Of a DNA stretch of 64,000 nt, positions 38,885 through 52,278 are shown one piece after another (within the stretch, counting starts at the first letter, position 1; every line of letters starts with the position of its first letter). This DNA comes from Octopus sinensis. Lineage: Eukaryota. The notes below the pieces were generated by a model, which saw only the letters and a program-made list of their open reading frames with translations, searched no databases and was not told the origin of the DNA. Where the stretch lies: positions 106,702,001 to 106,766,000 of the forward strand of contig NC_043000.1 in the NCBI RefSeq assembly GCF_006345805.1, written 5' to 3'. The position numbers and the translations under genes were made by a program.

Positions 38885-39932
38885 AGGCTTAGAGAAGTTA
38901 TATATTAATTCATTCTCAAAGCCACTATTAACATAGTAGGGGATTACCATCTCGGAAATGTTTTTAGAGGTAGAGAGGTTAAATAATCTGTTACTAATGC
39001 TAGTTATCAGGATTTTAAATAAAAATGGAGGCTGTGTATTTTTCGCTTGAATTAAAAACTAAACTCTAGCAATCGTAAGAATGCAATAATTTCCTGCTTT
39101 GCATAAGTTTTAATTTTAAATTCTGTCTAGATTAGGAATTGTAAGTGGAATTAGCATTACAGCAAAAAAAAAAAAGAAAAAAAAAACCAAGAATGAAAAT
39201 GAATTTTCTAGAGATAATACTGTGTCTACAGACGTACTGTTGAATTGTAAGTTGGATAAGAAAACTGTATAATGACATTTCTTATACAGTTTCCTATATC
39301 ATATAATGTCTCTACAAAAAAAAAAAAAAAATCAGATCACACTGAAAATGTCTCGTTATTTTAATTACAAGGTATCCATTTGAACATTCAGTTAAGGCTT
39401 AAAATGAGAATTTCCGCTCACGTTACATTTTCTTTCTCTGTAGGACGGGCATCAGACTAGATATTTACATTCCCAAACCATTTTCTACCTAGGATTGATT
39501 TCAAAATATATAATTACGCACATTACAAACAATTTTATAATTTGAAACGTTTTATAGGAAGGCTTAGTTCGAACAGAAGTTTAATTTTCCAGGTTAGAGG
39601 AACAGTTAGACAGGCAGAAACCATATGGTTATATGTTATTCGTAGAGGTCGCCAAATGTAACAACGTAATTGGTTTTTGGTATGAAATTGATTCGGTATT
39701 TGAAAATAAGTTTGGTGGCAGCTGCTTTTGAAGGTTGGCTAGTTTCGAAAAGGCCGAGATTGGCAGTATAGATGATAATTTTAGGAAACTTAAAATAAAT
39801 TAGTAATTGATTTGCATTCATTATAACTTTTAGTTAACCGTTAAAAGGTTTATCAGAACTAGTACGAATTGAAATAAATGAATTTGTTAAAGAATCTCTT
39901 GTAATAAGTTTGCTACTGAGAAAGAGAGTGAG

Positions 39933-39973
<41 letters not shown>

Positions 39974-40066
39974 GATTAATTCTCTGAAAGTTGCTAATGG
40001 GAAAAGTGTCTAAAAGCGATAGGTTACCTCTCAAACAACTGCCGAATGAAGACAATAAGGCAGATA

Positions 40067-40248
40067 TTCTTTTCTACTCTAGGAACAAGTCCCAGTACGC
40101 AACTGGTACTTAATTTATCGATTCCGGAAGGATGAAAGGCAAAGTCAACCTCGGCAGAATTTGAACTCAGAACGTAAAGACAGACGAAATACCTATTTCT
40201 TTACTACCCACAAGGGCTAAACTCAGAGAGAACAAACAAGGACAGACA
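40067..40248 (-). mobile_element. SINE family B partial dimer
   Basis: Junction at 40186. Confidence 0.85.
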
Positions 40249-40259
40249 TGTGTGTGTAT

Positions 40260-40365
40260 GTATATATATATATACATATATATAAATATATATTATATAT
40301 ATATATATTATATTATATATATATATATATATTATATATATATATATATATTATATATATATAAT

Positions 40366-40416
<51 letters not shown>

Positions 40417-40487
40417 AATATTATATATATATATAATATATATATATATATAAATATATAATATATATATATATATATAAAATATAT

Positions 40488-40539
<52 letters not shown>

Positions 40540-40542
40540 AAT

Positions 40543-40573
<31 letters not shown>

Positions 40574-40576
40574 AAT

Positions 40577-40607
<31 letters not shown>

Positions 40608-40760
40608 AATATATATATATATAAATATATATATATATAAATATATCTATATATATAAGTATATCTATATATATAAATATATATATATATATATAAATAA
40701 TATATATATAAATATATCTATATATATAAATATATATATATATAATATATATATATAAAT

Positions 40761-40794
<34 letters not shown>

Positions 40795-40809
40795 TATATA
40801 TATAATATA

Positions 40810-40876
<67 letters not shown>

Positions 40877-40913
40877 CACACACACATGTATACATACATA
40901 CATATATATATAT
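40260..40913. repeat. ~650-bp degenerate (TA)n / (TATATATAAA)n tract
   Basis: Direct inspection. Confidence 0.95.
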
Positions 40914-41090
40914 AGTTGAAATTTAGAGAAAAACAAAGGACGAAGACAGGTGTATAAACAACAAACAGGTGTATTAGTTTGATGCTCGAGAAGGTGAGTA
41001 AGTCTTTTAAGTTTCGAGCCTACGCTCTTCAACAGAAAGGAACTCGAGGAAATAAACAGAGAGAGAATAAAAAAAACTTTTAGAGTTAGC
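40914..41090 (-). mobile_element. short (TA)n-anchored element with a variant hammerhead-like motif
   Basis: Minus strand CCTTT-CTGTTGA-A-GAGCGTAGGCTC-GAAACTTA-AAAGA at 41003-41040; homologous to 16058-16204. Confidence 0.65.
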
Positions 41091-41131
41091 AGTCAATATG
41101 TGCGCGTGTGTGCGTGTACGCGCGCGCGCGT

Positions 41132-41286
41132 GGAGGCGCAATGATCCAGTGGTTAGGACAGCGGATTCGCGGTCGTAGGTCGCAGTTTCGATTCCCAGAC
41201 TGGGCGTTGTGAGTGTTTATTGAGCGAAAACACCTAAAGCTCACGAGGCTCCGGCATGGGGGAATGGCGAACCCTGGTGTACTCTT
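41132..41286 (+). mobile_element. SINE family C, 3'-truncated
   Basis: tRNA head and body as in 57318. Confidence 0.85.
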
Positions 41287-41427
41287 GTATGTATATACAT
41301 ATGTATATACATGTGTCCGGTAACTTTAATCAAGCAACATTTGTAATGTACAAAATTGAATTACAGAAAGAAAGAAACTTCTTAAAATAAATAATTTAAA
41401 AAATAGATTCAACTAAAAAATTGTAAA

Positions 41428-41567
41428 TGGCTGTGTCGTAAAAGAATTCACTTCGCAACCATATGGTTTCAAGTTCAGTCCCACTGTGCGACACTTTGGA
41501 CAAGTTTCTTTCTCACTACTGTCCTAGACCGACCAAAGCCTTGTGAGAGGATTTGACTGACGGAAAT
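41428..41567 (+). mobile_element. SINE family A 5' part
   Basis: GTTCAGTCCCACTGTGCGACACTTTGGACAAG..CCGACCAAAGCCTTGTGAG. Confidence 0.75.
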
Positions 41568-41676
41568 AGTGAAATAGTGTGCTCGCGCGCACACACACAC
41601 ACCCGACCCTTGTGATGGAGACTATGATGAGTAGTACTTTTGTATAGCAGAAGAATTATTTAGTCAACATGTTTAA

Positions 41677-41896
41677 CCCTTTAGTGTTTAAACCGGCCAT
41701 ACCAGGCCAAAATTGTCTTCCTGTTATATGCTCAAACCAGCCAGCTCTGACCTCTCACACCTACCCTACAAAGTCATTCTAAAAATAAACAGGGACATCA
41801 TCAAAATCTCAGAGTTACAAGATGCTGTACAATTAATTTAAAACAATGTGATTAAACGGGCTTTACATTTGACAGGGTAATCTGAATGCTAAAGGG
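41677..41896 (+). mobile_element. complete piggyBac-type MITE (220 bp)
   Basis: TTAA|CCCTTTAG ... CTAAAGGG|TTAA; second copy at 190-356. Confidence 0.85.
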
Positions 41897-43667
41897 TTAA
41901 TTGGAATGACCTAAATCATTTAATATAAAAGCTATGCCCTCTTTTGTATTACTTTCTATATAATCCACGAATTTAGTGCACATGGTCTGTTAAAAATTAG
42001 AAAGAACTTTGGTTACTACTTTCACTTACTAGTTCAGTAAATCTAACTTAATGTAATGATTCAAAGAAGAAATACACTGAACTTGCTGCCAAATGTATAT
42101 TTCTCACTCGTAGAAGGACTTCGGCGATGCAAGCCAACGAAACACTCTTCAGTTTTACTGGGCTGTCACTGCTTACAATGGTAAAATATATTATACATAC
42201 GAACACTCCTTATTTATTCATCGAGTAATTAGAGTTTTGACTACAAATAAAGCACGGTGAAAAGATACGAACTGCCGACATGACGGCTGGTTGTCGAGCG
42301 TCCAATCGACTTGGATAAACGTACACTAAAAATTGATCTTTAACATTGGTTTTCTGTAGTGTTAAAGGATTCAGATAACACTGAATCTAATCGACTTTCC
42401 TAACGCTAGTCCATTGATTCAAGTAATTTTGTTTTGGTTGCTGCTTATTTTATTTCATTTTAGTAAATATCTGCAAGTAAATGCCAGCTAAACAGATCAT
42501 AAAAACAAAACAGAAAAAAAATAAATGTCAGAATTTCAACATAACAAATTAAGAATATAACGAGAATTACGATATACAGATTACTACTAAATTTCAACAT
42601 AGTTCTTTTAATGAGAATAATGCCACTGTTTTTTGATGTTTATCAAATATTTGGTGTCAAATTGGAATTAGAAATCTTCAAGGGAATCTTACAAGTGATC
42701 ATTAATCAATTTTGGGAGAATTTGTTTTTAAATTCCTACTTTTTTTTAATTGTTCTGAGGAATGATTGTTTACAAAGACAAGCGTGTCTGAAGATGCAAA
42801 TCAATTGTAATTTTTTTTTAAGTAGCTGCATAGTAACTTTCTGAAAGAAGGATTTCAGGCTGCCGACTTGAAAATGCGTGTAGCGACTCGTCATGTTAAT
42901 AATGAATACTGTCTAGTCACCAGGGTGCAGAAAAGCGTACGTGGTGGAAAGACTTTAATCTGCAGTAGCCCAGTTCGCTTAGCTGTAAATAGGTACACTT
43001 AAGCTGTAGTCGATCTGTTTACTTAGTCGTAAACAGGTTACAAATTGCAGTAACCCGGTTTACCTAGGTACTGAAAAGAAAAGTTCAGAAGTACAGCTTA
43101 CGATAAACGGCGATGACATCGTATAATTTACGAGTGTTGCGTATTTTCTGTGTGTGTACGTGTACGTATGTGATCATATGATCACGTGACCGACCAGGCT
43201 ATCAGATGTTGCTACAAATCGCTGGTCACAATGCGCTTCGCATTGTTTTAGCCTTCAAATGATGCCACCCCGCTGGCTAAGCGAGTAGGTCGTATACGTA
43301 TGTATGCCTGCTTATGTATAATATATATATATGTATATTTATATACTTTGTGGAGGTATGTTTTTTTAGTTTTATATAATAATTTTTTGATATCTCTTAT
43401 TATTCATCCAGTAGTTTAGATTTGATAAAAGGTGATTGGCAAAAGTTATGAAATAAAACTCAGTACAAAATGTTAATTCTGTATATGAAGCTAAGATGCA
43501 ATCGGACGGAATCTTAGCTGACGATTACGAATTCAAATACTACTTGGTACTGGAAAAAAGATCTTAAGGTATGGAATAGAAAGATAAATACTGTGTCTTA
43601 TGCAACACTTTGATAGCACACCGTGATCTTTTAATTTATGGACAAAACCATTTTGTTTTATTAATAG

Positions 43668-44056
43668 ACACTTGGGCAAGTGCCATCTGCTATAGCCTCG
43701 GGCCGACCAAAACCTTGTGAATTGATTTGGTTGACGGAAACTGAAAGAAGCCCGTCGTGTGTGTGTATATATACATATATATATGTGTGTGTGTCTTTAT
43801 GTCTGTGTTTGTCCTCAACTACCGCTTGACAACCAGTGACAATTTGTAATCATGAACAATAAATATTTAGATAAGACAGAATGAATGTTCAACGGTTAAA
43901 TGTTCGTTAAACTTTAACGTTTGGCATCTTTTATCTTTCACTTGTTTCAGTTATTTGACCACAGCCATGCTGGGGCACCGTTCTGAAGTGTTTAGTCGAA
44001 CAAATCGATCCCGGAACTTATTCTTTGTAAGCCTTGTACTTATTATATCGGTCTCT
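43668..44056. mobile_element. two SINE family A fragments (43668-43836 +, 43930-44056 -)
   Basis: Homology to family A. Confidence 0.8.
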
Positions 44057-44621
44057 TATTTCTTTATTGCCCACAAGGGGCTAAACATAGAAGGTACAAA
44101 CAAGGACAGACAAAGAGATTAAATCTATTACATCGACCCCAGTGCGTAACTGGTACTTAATTTATCGACCCCGAAAGGATGAAAGGCAAAGTCGACCTCG
44201 GCGGAATGTGAACTCAGAACGTAGCGGCAGACGAAATACCTATTTCTTTACTACCCACAGGGGGCTAAACACAGAGGACAAACAAGGACAGACAAACGAT
44301 TAAGTCGATATATCGACCCAGTGCGCAAATGTTGTCTTATTTTATATCGACCCCGAAAGGATGAAAGGCAAAGTCGGCCTCGGCAGAATTTGAACTCAGA
44401 ACGTAGCGGCAGACGAAATACCGTAAGCATAACGTTAGCACGCCGGGCGAAATGCTTTCCGGTATTTCTGAGTTCAAATTCCGCAGAGGTCGACTTTGCC
44501 TTTCGGTGTCGATTAAATAAGTACTAGTTACGCACTGGGGTCGATGTACTCGACTTAATTCCTTTGTCTGTCCTTGTTTGTCTCCTCTATGTTTAGCCCC
44601 TTGTGGGCAATAAAGAAATAA
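44057..44621. mobile_element. SINE family B dimer (-) joined head-to-head with a (+) copy
   Basis: Outer ends CTTATTTCTTTATTGCCCACAAGGGG / CCCCTTGTGGGCAATAAAGAAATAAG; orientation switch at ~44430. Confidence 0.88.
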
Positions 44622-44639
44622 GAAATTGAGAAAGACTCT

Positions 44640-45035
44640 GGATTGGTTGAATCGTTAGTGCACTGGAAAAAAGGGTCTCGTGCTAGTTCTCTCGGTTCTT
44701 TACGACCTGAGCTGAAATCCCGCTGTTATAAACTTTGCCTTTTCCTCTTTCAGGGCCGATAAAATAGAGCACGGGCCAAGTACTGGTGTCGAAATTATCG
44801 ACTGATCATTTTCTCCTCAAAATTGCTGACCTCGTGTCTGAATCAAAAGCCATTATCTTTAAGTAAATAAAGATAGTGAGTTTGTAAAATCGTTATGAGA
44901 TTATTAGTTTCCTCTCTTTACATACAGAGTTGAAATCCAGCCGAGGTCAGCTTTGCATTTCATCTTTTCGGGTCGATGAAATAAAGTGCCAGTGAATTTC
45001 TCCTCCTACAAACTTCCAGAATTTGTGCCAATTAT
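44640..45035 (+). mobile_element. two old SINE family B copies
   Basis: Degenerate GAATCGTTAG..CTTTGCCTTT..GATAAAATA motifs. Confidence 0.6.
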
Positions 45036-45360
45036 TATTTATATTTTATGGAAGACTTAATTTATAAGTGAGACAAAAATATTTAACAAAAACTCGATCT
45101 GCGAGGTAACAGGCAAACTTCAGTGGTTTGTCAAAACGTGAACCCTTCTTGAAAATTGTTGATTAATAACAATGGTAGAGTTAATTAGTCGCCTGTTTTG
45201 AGACTACTATCTCGTGCTTTGCGTACCTTTAAAGGAACCTGCGCTGTTGCTAGTATTCGGGGCAGATTTCCAGTTAAGGATACCTTCTTCCCACACCTCA
45301 CGAAGCCTTGTAAAGAGTCATGGGCACAGTCATCTTTATCATTTTTCCCGCTTTTAAAAA

Positions 45361-45830
<470 letters not shown>

Positions 45831-46705
45831 AGAGTAAAATATAGAACGTTTCACGAACTTGCGTGTCTGTCTTGCGCAGGGGCCTAGGATAAAATAATAA
45901 TAATAATAATAATAATAACTTCAGTTAATTAAGAAATATCAACGGTTGACCACGTCAAGCATCGTAACCTGCACTTACCTACATGTTCTTCATGCAAACG
46001 GGATTCTTGAGTTAATTTCCAAAGCCGTATAGTTTATATAGCCAACTTGTTTCTATGAATCATTCTTGAAAATGTTGAGTAATAATTTCCGTTTGGTCAT
46101 CTCATGACGTGTGTAATTTCTATTGTAAATATTAATCAACTACTCCACTCATTATTGGTCACTTGTTAATCGTTATCAATAGCTGCTGGGTATTCTCTTT
46201 CGACCTTTCCATTATTAAAGGAAAACATTAGTTAATTCAAGGAAGAATTCCTGTCACTTGCGACGTCTCTGAATTGGAATAAATAATACCTGCTGGTATT
46301 ATTCGCGAATGTTCTATTAATCTGTTATTTTTCTTGGCTTGTTTTCAAAAACGTCTTCTCGGAAATAATGATTAAATGTTTTCCTAGTCGTCGATGATAG
46401 CGTAAACATAAACGAGAATAGGAAAACTTTTCGTTTCGAATATATCGACCTTTAATATTTACAATTGATTTGAAAGAATGATCGGTCAATGCCTGCGCGC
46501 ACACAGACACACACATATACACACACATACACACACAAATACACACACAAATACACACACATACACACACACGTACTCAAACAAAGATATATACACCCAC
46601 ACACATCACCAGCGCCATGACCACTACCACACTCATAAATATAAGTATGTATGCATATATATAAATATGCGTGTGAATTCCTGTGTGTATGTGTGTGTGT
46701 GTGTA

Positions 46706-46741
<36 letters not shown>

Positions 46742-47288
46742 ATGTACAAGTTTAGCACTTGGAAATTTATCCATCTATATCCTGCAAGCATAAATCAACC
46801 ATTGTGAACATCTACGAATTGCAACATCTGTGAAAGTGTGTAAGATCAAATATATATTTGGTGTGTATTAAATGTGTGTGTGTGTGTATATTATATATAT
46901 ATATATGTATGTATGTATAGGTGTATGTGTGTGTGATGTACGTGTGTGTGTTTTCGTAAATATTGTCAATAACAGAAATAGGAACCATATGTTACAATGC
47001 CAAATAGGTTAAACTAATTATTGAACAGAGGAAAAACAAAAAATACTTCCATACATCAATCAAGTGTGTTGTCAAACAATTACGCTTTTAAGCATCTAAA
47101 AAAAAAAGCATCTAAAAAAAAAACGGTGAGAATATGTCTGTATTTTAATATAACTAAGACGGTGAATGTTTTCTGTTGTACTCCCACAAAGGTAATCAAT
47201 TTTGAAGCACACTTGACAGCTGCGAAGATACATAATCATCATTAAAAAAAAATACTGAAGAAATTAATCATATTTAATCAACTATTTA

Positions 47289-47505
47289 TACTCTTTACTC
47301 GTTTACTCTTTTACTTGTTTCAGTCATTTGACTGTGGCTGTGCTGGAGCACCGCCTTTTAGTCGAGCAAATCGAACCCAGGACTTATTCTTTGTAAGCCT
47401 AGTACTTATTCTATCGGTCTCTTTTGCCGAACCGCTAAGTTACGGGGACGTAAGCACACCAGCATCGGTTGTCGAGCGATGTTGGGGGACAAGCACAAAC
47501 ACACA

Positions 47506-47557
<52 letters not shown>

Positions 47558-47750
47558 ACACATATATATATATATACATACATATGTACGACGGGCTTCT
47601 TTCAGTTTCCGTCTACCAAATCCACTCACAAGGCTTTGGTCGGCCCGAGGTTATAGTAGAAGACACTTTCCCAAGGTGCCACACAGTGGGATTGAACCCG
47701 GAACCATGTGGTTCGTAAGCAAGTTACTTACACATAGCTACTCCTACGCC
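47289..47750 (-). mobile_element. SINE family A, full length
   Basis: Head to tail intact. Confidence 0.92.
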
Positions 47751-48207
47751 TATTTGTAACATAGTTTTTTACCATTGACAGAAAAGTACAAATGATAGTA
47801 GAGATGTACGTAGTTAAAATACATCTATAAATGACCTTCAGAAAGCCAGCTGCTCGTTCAATTCTAGCTACTTATACTAGTGATGAATCGACCAATACCT
47901 TGTGAATAGCCTTAGCAGATGGAAGCTGCAGAAGCACATAGCACTTGTATATGTATGACCCATGACTTAGCCAATAGAGGAGCAAGGGGAGCGTCCGTTT
48001 CTTACCTGAGTGTGTAGAACAAAATGCTTTGTGGCGTTTCTTTCAGATCTTTACAACCTGAGTCGAAATTCCACCGAGGTCAATTTTGCTCTTTCAAGCA
48101 TTCGAGGAAGATGATATATACTACCTTTCTAGGACTGGGGTCGATGATATCGACTGCTCAGTCTCTCCTCAGAATTGTTGATTTTGTTCCTAAATTAAAA
48201 ACAAAAC

Positions 48208-48740
48208 TTATTATTTTGGTTGGCTCAGGTTCGGTTCTATTCCTGGTAGGAAATATGCGGATAGCGGGTTACTACCTGTAACTTTAGGTATCCACGTTTT
48301 CAGCAAGCTTTCAAATGCTTAGAACCCTCCTGGTAATCCTGGTTGTCCCTAAGAGACAACTTTTCTGTAGGAGCTCTACCGGGCATTCTATTTCAATCTC
48401 CTTCAGCCATTTGCCTATATCATGGCTTACTGTTCCCAACGCACCAATTATTATTGACACGACCTTTAATGTTCGCATGCTCCAAATTCTTCCTATTTCA
48501 AATTTTATTGCAAGAAATGGGGAATTGAAGCTGAAAACACACGGTACAATCATCGAGTCGAACGAGTACTGGAGTCGGAGAAATGTAAAATTTTGTGGGA
48601 CTTTCCTGTTTAAACGGACAAGAAATTAGAAAATAATGGACTAGAACATAACTATTTATATAAGGATAAGTGAAACTGCTTACTTATCAAACCATCATGC
48701 CCGTTTGATTCCAAGATCGTAAAGAAAAAGGAAGAAAAAC
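48208..48740 (-). mobile_element. Dong/R4-clade LINE 3' end (restriction-like endonuclease domain) with 5' inversion
   Basis: Minus 48507->48311: KFEIGRIW..VVSIIIGALGTV..LQKSCLLGTTRITRRVLSI*. Plus 48509->48740: CKKWGIE..YNH..VLESEKCKILWDFPV*TD..CPFDSKIVKKKEEK. (TAA)n on both sides. Confidence 0.88.
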
Positions 48741-48914
48741 AAAAACAAAAAAAACCAATTATTATTATTATTATTATTATTATATTATTATTATTATTAT
48801 TATTATTATCATTATTATTATTATGATAACGAAATAATAATGGTTATTGTTGCGTTGTTCCTATTTTGTCAATGTGTGCCATCGTGAGCTCCGCAGGAAT
48901 TGCATTTAGCAAGC

Positions 48915-49231
48915 CACGTTATTTTATCGATCTCCTTTGGCGAAATACCAAGTTATTTTATCGATCTCCTTTGGCGAACCACTGTTATTTTATTGATATT
49001 CTTTGGCAAACCGCTTAGTTATTTTATCGATCACGTTTGGCGAACCGCTAAGTTATTTTATCGATCTTCTTTGGCGAACTGTCTAGTTATTTTATCAATC
49101 ACGTTTGCCGAAGCGTTATTTTAAAATAAATTAGCGGTTCGCCAAACGGGACCGATTAAATAACTTAGCGGTTCGCCAAAGGAGATCGATAAAATAACTT
49201 AGCGGGTCGCCAAACGTGATTGTGAAAATAA
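48915..49231. repeat. fold-back minisatellite of ~34-bp SINE-A-derived units (6 forward + 3 inverted)
   Basis: Unit GTTATTTTATCGATCTCCTTTGGCGAACCGCTAA; flanked by CATTTAGCAAGC at 48903-48914 and 49232-49243. Confidence 0.88.
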
Positions 49232-49779
49232 CATTTAGCAAGCGGGATTAAAATCGAAAAATTTTTAATTCCTGTGAAAGGAGAAAAGCAACAACGACGA
49301 CTACTATTCCAACTTCTATTGCAAAATATCAATATTTATTTGATTTTCCGCATTGTGTTTCTCCAGGAAAAACGATTATATTTTGTTAAGAAAATCATTT
49401 ATCCATTCGTAAATCAACAAAATGGTGTCTTCAACAGGTACGAATCCTAAAACTTGAATTCCGGCTAACCCATTTCTTGCGACAAAATATGAACAAGAAT
49501 GTTTTGTACCAATAATAAACATAATATAAAAGACAATGTAATGATTCTTTACTTTCAATAACATCATTGGAAACAGTTTTGGCGACCTAACAACAGCAAC
49601 AGACATTTTGACAAGTAATTATTTTGTAAATGAAAGTAGATTTGTAGCCATTGCTTGCAATAAAGAAGATGTGGACTATATGGGAAATTTGGAAAAAGAT
49701 GACAGCAGCATGTCATATACGACTATCTCCTTGACCGAGGGAAAAGGAGTAAGGTGCAAAATGACATGCTTCTACTTCA

Positions 49780-51477
49780 CAAAGATAAGTGGAGGTGAGC
49801 TTTCTGTATGACCTCAAAAGACTAAATAAAGGCAATCCTGGCCGCTGTGTCAGCTAATGTTGTGACAATCGGCCACGGTAAAGCATACGGCGGTACCTTC
49901 CTGTTCTTCAAGACTGGACGATGCGATGAGTCAAGTAGAGATAACGTAATACATCCACACCGCAGTGCATAGGTCAGTGCAATACAAGGGTGGCAGTCTG
50001 TGGTATTGGAAATACTTCGTTTTCACTCTTGTATACGATGTGAATCAAAGGTAAAAACAGAAGAGATAAGAAACGATACGTAGTCGGAAGTGATAAGCAT
50101 AGACTTGAAAGTCCTTGAGATTTCTAAAAGCCATAACATCATTTCGGAGCTGTGCCCAATCATGGACGCAGAAATTAAAGAAATGAAATCAGCGGTGCAT
50201 AACAAAGCTCAACTCTTATATTTGTGGCTGCAAGCGTTACTTGAAGACTTTCTCCTCAAGAAGTTAGAAAGAGCACTAGAGAGAAAAAGATGGTAAGTAG
50301 ATCCTGGAAGCTATAACGGTCGTCGTTCGAAAGCTTCGGAATGACAAAGGAAATTGTTTTTTTCATTATCCCAGAATCGGACGAAGCCAACCCTTTTTCG
50401 AAAAACTACCATCCACCCAAGTGGATAGGGAGAAGATGGAGGCTGGAAAAGTCTGGCAGATTGTCGTGAGAGGAGAAAGAATGAAAAGAAATAAAAAAAC
50501 TAATCTAACTAGAAGAAATCTATCGCACGTATACGTTCGAAAGGCTAAATAAATAATGTCCTAACCGAAGTATAGACTAATTCACTGGAAATTGACCGTA
50601 ACAAGACATTCAGCTGTGTCTATTTGTTCTTTACGGCTGGGGAAGAGACGAAGGGTCAAGAAGAGGTAATGCGATACCCTACCTCAGCATATGGACCAGC
50701 GCAATGCAAAGGTAACATTCAGGAGCACTGGAAAGGATCTTTACTAATAGCTCGTTGTCATCTCACAAAAGAATAGGGAAAGATGGAGTCTGGAGAAATT
50801 TGGTAAATCTTCCAAAGAATAAAAAGGAATAAAAAAGAGTGAACCTTACTGCAAGACATCGAAAACATTGGAATATAAATCAACGACTCTGAATAATTTA
50901 GCATCCTGGAAGAGGGATCAAAGTTACTAAATGTTGAGCTTGCCCCTGCGGAATCGCTTTATTTTACTGCTACCCTCAAGAATAGCCACAAACTGCTAAA
51001 CCTAATATTTCAACGAGAGATTTTCCCAGATTTTCCGACCCCGCCAACAAATATGTTGATTGGGTGAGAAATGGTTTGCAAGTACTAGAATATCAATGAA
51101 GACCACGAGGGGTTAGGATTCGAGGCTTAAATTAACCCAAGAAATGCTTGAGTGCGTTTAGACACACCCGTAACGAGTGACAGGCGGCGTGGTTTGTATC
51201 AGACTGTATGTAGGTTTTGCAATTTGCGTTTCATGTTTTTATATTATATGTTGTTTTAATTGTTGTGTGTGTTTTTACATAATCACATATTTGTTCTCTG
51301 TTTAATTTATATCAAATCGCCTATATTCTCCCTAAATCACATTCTTATCTCTCCACTAAGTTTTTTGTTCAACTTTATCTTTTCTATCCCAACAAGTTTT
51401 CTCAAATTATACCTGAAACTTCCGTTCAGAGAAAATTCCTGTGATAAAGGACTACTACTACTACTACTACTACTACT
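49780..51477 (+). mobile_element. possible decayed LINE (ORF1-like region with zinc-knuckle remnant; pyrimidine-rich 3'UTR and (CTA)n tail)
   Basis: ..YICGCKRYLKTFSP (~50217) resembles a CX2CX4HX4C knuckle; ends GATAAAGGA(CTA)n. No RT motifs seen. Confidence 0.35.
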
Positions 51478-51638
51478 TTTTATCGTCAGGATTGTTCTCA
51501 TCATTAAGGGCGTGATTTTAACTAGTTCAAATACCTTGGCTCACAAAATTAAGTATGCTGGCGTTCATTTCCCTACTTAGTTTTTATACAACGCACGTTC
51601 CTGGATGCACTTTCATTTTCCTTAATATCATATTTAAA

Positions 51639-51850
51639 GGCGGCGAGTGGCAGAATCGTTAGCACGCTGGACAAAATGCTTAGAGGCATCTCTTCCAGCT
51701 TTACGTTCCGAGTTCAAATCCGCCGAGGTCGACTTTGCCTTTCATACCTTCAAGGTCGGCAAAATAAGTATCAGTCAGGCACTGAGGTCGATCTAAACGG
51801 CAAACCCCCACCTCCCAGAATTTCAGGCCTTGTGCCTAAGATAGAAATAA
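51639..51850 (+). mobile_element. SINE family B
   Basis: Full head and body, tail type 2. Confidence 0.85.
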
Positions 51851-52193
51851 TCTTTTTTTTTTCTCAGTGAAATAGAAAAGCAAACTTTAAGAACATCCAA
51901 AGAAGTTTAATGATAACTTCAGTCTGGAAGTAAGAAATAGGAAAACAGAAAAAAAAAGTTATTTTGGTGTATGGCAGATGAGAAGTCTTAGGTTACAAAT
52001 TTTATTTTAGCTTTAATAGCAGGAGAGTTACAGTTAAAATTATAGAAGCTTCCTTCAGAACTAAAGTGATATGTATGATGTATCATAAAATTCCACAGAA
52101 AAATACTCAACGTAATGACTGTCTAGACAAACATTTTCCATTCTTCGGAAATCGAAAAATCTTATTACAGAGATCTATCTATTACGATGTGTC

Positions 52194-52235
<42 letters not shown>

Positions 52236-52239
52236 AGAG

Positions 52240-52278
<39 letters not shown>

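Noticed and set aside
48915-49231. CRISPR-like 34-bp repeats
   Set aside because: The units are contiguous without unique spacers, SINE-derived and in a eukaryotic context with no cas genes.
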